54,102 bases of DNA from Ktedonobacterales bacterium (lineage in GTDB: Bacteria; Chloroflexota; Ktedonobacteria; Ktedonobacterales; JACDGC01): positions 1 to 54,102 of the forward strand of contig JACDGC010000002.1 in assembly GCA_013815535.1 (NCBI GenBank), given 5' to 3'. Positions within the stretch are counted from its first letter, which is position 1, and every line of letters begins with the position of its first letter. The notes beneath the pieces are model-generated. The model was not told the origin of the DNA. It saw only the letters and a program-made list of their open reading frames with translations, and searched no databases. Made by a program: the position numbers and the translations under genes. Of this stretch, positions 51,841 through 54,102 are shown piece by piece.

Positions 51841-53975
51841 GAGGAATACCGATCCGGTCTTGGGAAAGGAAGGTTCCCGGCCATGATCACCGAAGAAGAG
51901 CGCGAACAGATCCGGCGCGCCTACTTTCTTGACCATCACAGTGTTCGCCAGATTGCCCGGGATCTCCATCGCAGCGGGCGCACGGTGGCCAATGCGCTGT
52001 TTCCCGCCCCCACGGTGCCCTCGGCTCCGCGTCGCCCCCGCTCTGCTCCCGTCTTTGGACCCTTCCAGGCACGGGTGGAAACGTTCTTGCTCCAGAATGA
52101 GCGCCTCCCGCGCAAACAACGCTTCACCGCCCGCAAGATCTTTGAGCTGCTGCGTGCCGAGGGCTACACCGGCTGCGAGTCCCTGATTCGCGCCTTCAAA
52201 GCCGCCTGGCAGCGGGAACGGCATGCCCCCGACACCTTTCTCCCCTTGCAATTCGAACCCGGTCAGGATGCCCAAGTCGATTGGGGAGAGGCCCAGGCGA
52301 CCATTAATGGCATCCCCCAGACGGTGCAGTTCTTTGTCATGCGGCTGTGCTACTCACGGCGCCTCTTTGTCATGGCCTTCCCCAGTCAGAAACAGGAAAG
52401 CTTCTTTTACGGGCATGTACTGGCCTTTGCCCATTTCGGCGGCGTCCCCACGCGCATCAGCTACGACAATCTGGCGACCGCCGTCAAGTTGGCCTTTGAC
52501 CACGGGCGGACGCGACACGAAAACCGCACGTTTGTCTCGTTTCGCAGCCATTACCTCTTCGACTCCCATTTCTGCACGCCTGGTGAGGGTCATGAGAAGG
52601 GCGGCGTCGAAAGTGCCGTGGGATATGCGCGCCGCAATTTCCTCGTCCCGCCGCCCGACGTCGCCTCCTTTGACGCACTCAACCTCCATCTGCTACAAGC
52701 GTGCTTGCGCGACGACCAGCGCAAGGTCGCCCGTACCCAACCAACCATCGGCGAAAACTGGGAAGAAGAACGCCCGCTGCTCATCCCCTTACCGCCCTTT
52801 GCCTACGATTGCTGTACCGTCACGACCGCACAACTCACGCCCTACAGCCAAGCCACCTTTGAGACCAACCGCTATTCCGTGCCCGTTCAGCGCGCTCGTC
52901 GGGACGTGACCGTCAAGGCCTACCCCTTCCATGTCGATCTCCTCGATCACACCACGCTGCTGGCGCGGCATCCGCGCTGTTACGACCGCGAGCAAGATAT
53001 TTTTGATCCGTTGCATTACCTGGCCTTGCTCGAACAGCGTCCGGGAGCGTTTGACTACGCGAAACCCATACAGGCTTGGCGCAAGGGCTGGCCCCCGTCC
53101 TACCACCTCATGCTGCGCAACTTGCAGGACAAGTGGCCGGGGGGGCGCGGGGTGCAGGAATTCGTGCGCATCCTGCGCCTTCACCAGGAATATCCTGCCG
53201 CTCTCGTCCAGTCAGCCATCGAACAGGCCATTGCCTACGGATGTATCCATCTCGACGGCGTCTTGCATTGTCTCCACCAACTCATTGAGCCGTCGCCGCC
53301 TGAGCCGATGCTCCCCACCACCGATCCGTTGCCCTTGCGCGAAGTGGGTACGCAGCCCATTGACCTAGCCCGCTACGAATTGCTGCTCAAACGTCCTGGC
53401 TAAAGGAGATCGCCGTCATGGAGTCGCAAGAGTTACTCGAAAGCTACCTGCGCCAGCTGCATCTGCCCACGTTTTTGCAGAACTATCAGGCGTTTGCCCA
53501 GGATGCGGCACGCGGGAATATGTCCAATGAGCGGTTTCTCCTGGCCTTGTGTGAAGCGGAAGTGCTGCAACGCGATGCCAAGCGTATCGCGGCGGCGGTT
53601 GCCTACGCGCGCGTGCCCATCTTCAAAGACTTGGCGAGTTTTGATTTTAGCCTGATTCAGGGTGTCACGAAAGCGCGCGTCCTCGAACTCATGCAGGGCG
53701 GCTACATGACCCAGGCAGAAACCGTCATCTTGATTGGGATTCCGGGGCTCGGTAAATCCCATATCGCCACGGTCCTCGCGCTGGCCGCGTGCCAGCAAGG
53801 GAAACGAGTGCGCTTTTGGGGTACGGCGAAACTGGTCGAAGCGTTGGAAACCGCCCGCAAGGATCTGCGCTTGTCGAAATTCCTCGCCAGTCTCGCCAAG
53901 CATGATCTCATCGTGCTCGACGAGTTTGGCTTTCTCCCTTTTTCTCCCGATGGCTCCCAACTGTTGTTTCAAGTC
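51742..53975 (+). mobile_element. IS21-family insertion sequence, 3'-truncated (left boundary approximate)
   Basis: An istA-istB gene pair. The candidate left terminus TGTTAGTCAAACTACGG near 51742 is inferred, not proven. IstB similarity stops after ...LLFQV at 53975. Confidence 0.7.
51883..53403 (+). CDS. istA: IS21-family transposase IstA
   Basis: N-terminal HTH (EEEREQIRRAYFLDHHSVRQIARDL), a DDE core (QVDWGE ... SYDNLATAV ... GHEKGGVESAV) and a conserved C-terminal domain. Confidence 0.9.
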   Translation: MITEEEREQIRRAYFLDHHSVRQIARDLHRSGRTVANALFPAPTVPSAPRRPRSAPVFGPFQARVETFLLQNERLPRKQRFTARKIFELLRAEGYTGCESLIRAFKAAWQRERHAPDTFLPLQFEPGQDAQVDWGEAQATINGIPQTVQFFVMRLCYSRRLFVMAFPSQKQESFFYGHVLAFAHFGGVPTRISYDNLATAVKLAFDHGRTRHENRTFVSFRSHYLFDSHFCTPGEGHEKGGVESAVGYARRNFLVPPPDVASFDALNLHLLQACLRDDQRKVARTQPTIGENWEEERPLLIPLPPFAYDCCTVTTAQLTPYSQATFETNRYSVPVQRARRDVTVKAYPFHVDLLDHTTLLARHPRCYDREQDIFDPLHYLALLEQRPGAFDYAKPIQAWRKGWPPSYHLMLRNLQDKWPGGRGVQEFVRILRLHQEYPAALVQSAIEQAIAYGCIHLDGVLHCLHQLIEPSPPEPMLPTTDPLPLREVGTQPIDLARYELLLKRPG

Positions 53976-54008
53976 TGCTCACCAAGACCAGCAAACTACA
54001 GACCATGA
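53418..54008 (+). pseudogene. istB: IS21-family helper ATPase IstB, truncated after Walker B
   Basis: LLALCEAEV..R, Walker A GIPGLGKSH and Walker B LIVLDEFGFLP are present. The expected ...LLFQLISRRYE...SN continuation is replaced by CSPRPANYRP-stop. Confidence 0.8.
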
Positions 54009-54102
54009 TGCCACGTTAGACCAATCGATTCAGGTCATTGCCCCTCATCACCCCTTGTATGGTCAGCGCCTGCCGCTCCTCCGCCGCCTCCGCAAACGGG
54101 GT

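Noticed and set aside
53976-54102. Sequence after the IstB truncation point reads ...VIAPHHPLYGQRLPLLRRLRKRG and might be the start of another mobile-element gene.
   Set aside because: Too short and at the window edge. No family could be recognised with confidence.

Overview
High-GC bacterial window made up mostly of mobile and accessory DNA. No rRNA, tRNA or CRISPR array was seen.

(1) 1-11.3 kb: a membrane-anchored P-loop NTPase-TPR (STAND-like) gene with a translationally coupled small ORF. Also an SRAP/YedK-type gene and a minus-strand cluster of XRE-HTH, ImmA-type HEXXH peptidase, polytopic membrane protein and AttH/CrtC-like lipoprotein.

(2) 11,377-40,777: a 29.4-kb Tn7-like transposon. 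It has 26/27-bp TGT...ACA termini, arrays of TnsB-type sites and an exact 5-bp ACCAA target duplication. The core genes are tnsA, tnsB, a TniB-sized tnsC and an HTH-fused tniQ. An internal back-to-back terminus junction (ACA-TCCGG-TGT) indicates a composite of a 190-bp mini-element plus the gene-carrying element. Cargo:
- pstS-C-A-B-B, phoU, two orphan OmpR-type regulators, an aquaporin, a tandem ArsC, a CoA-disulfide-reductase-like flavoprotein and an ArsR-ArsC fusion
- a HisKA_3/NarL two-component pair
- MerR plus an unannotated 31-aa Cys-rich peptide
- an ArsR / PLP enzyme / flavoprotein / MFS operon
- a DUF4365-TPR protein and a decayed GNAT gene

(3) 41,042-46,314: a 5.3-kb segment bounded by 41-bp inverted palindromic repeats. 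It carries a fluoride riboswitch, a crcB pair (one fused to USP), and ChrB-like, CaCA and CDF-like genes. It also holds dense arrays of a roughly 19-bp TTTACGCGAAGGTTCGAAA motif.

(4) 46.3-51.8 kb: a visibly more AT-rich plasmid- or phage-like run of small plus-strand genes. It contains two hammerhead-ribozyme-like motifs with full catalytic core boxes and six compensatory base-pair changes between the copies. Two cistrons are each bracketed by long-range G-U-tolerant inverted repeats. There are two CsrA-like genes, one an internal tandem duplication.

(5) 51.4-54.0 kb: a CHC2 zinc-finger (primase-type) gene followed, and apparently cut, by an IS21-family element whose istB is itself truncated.
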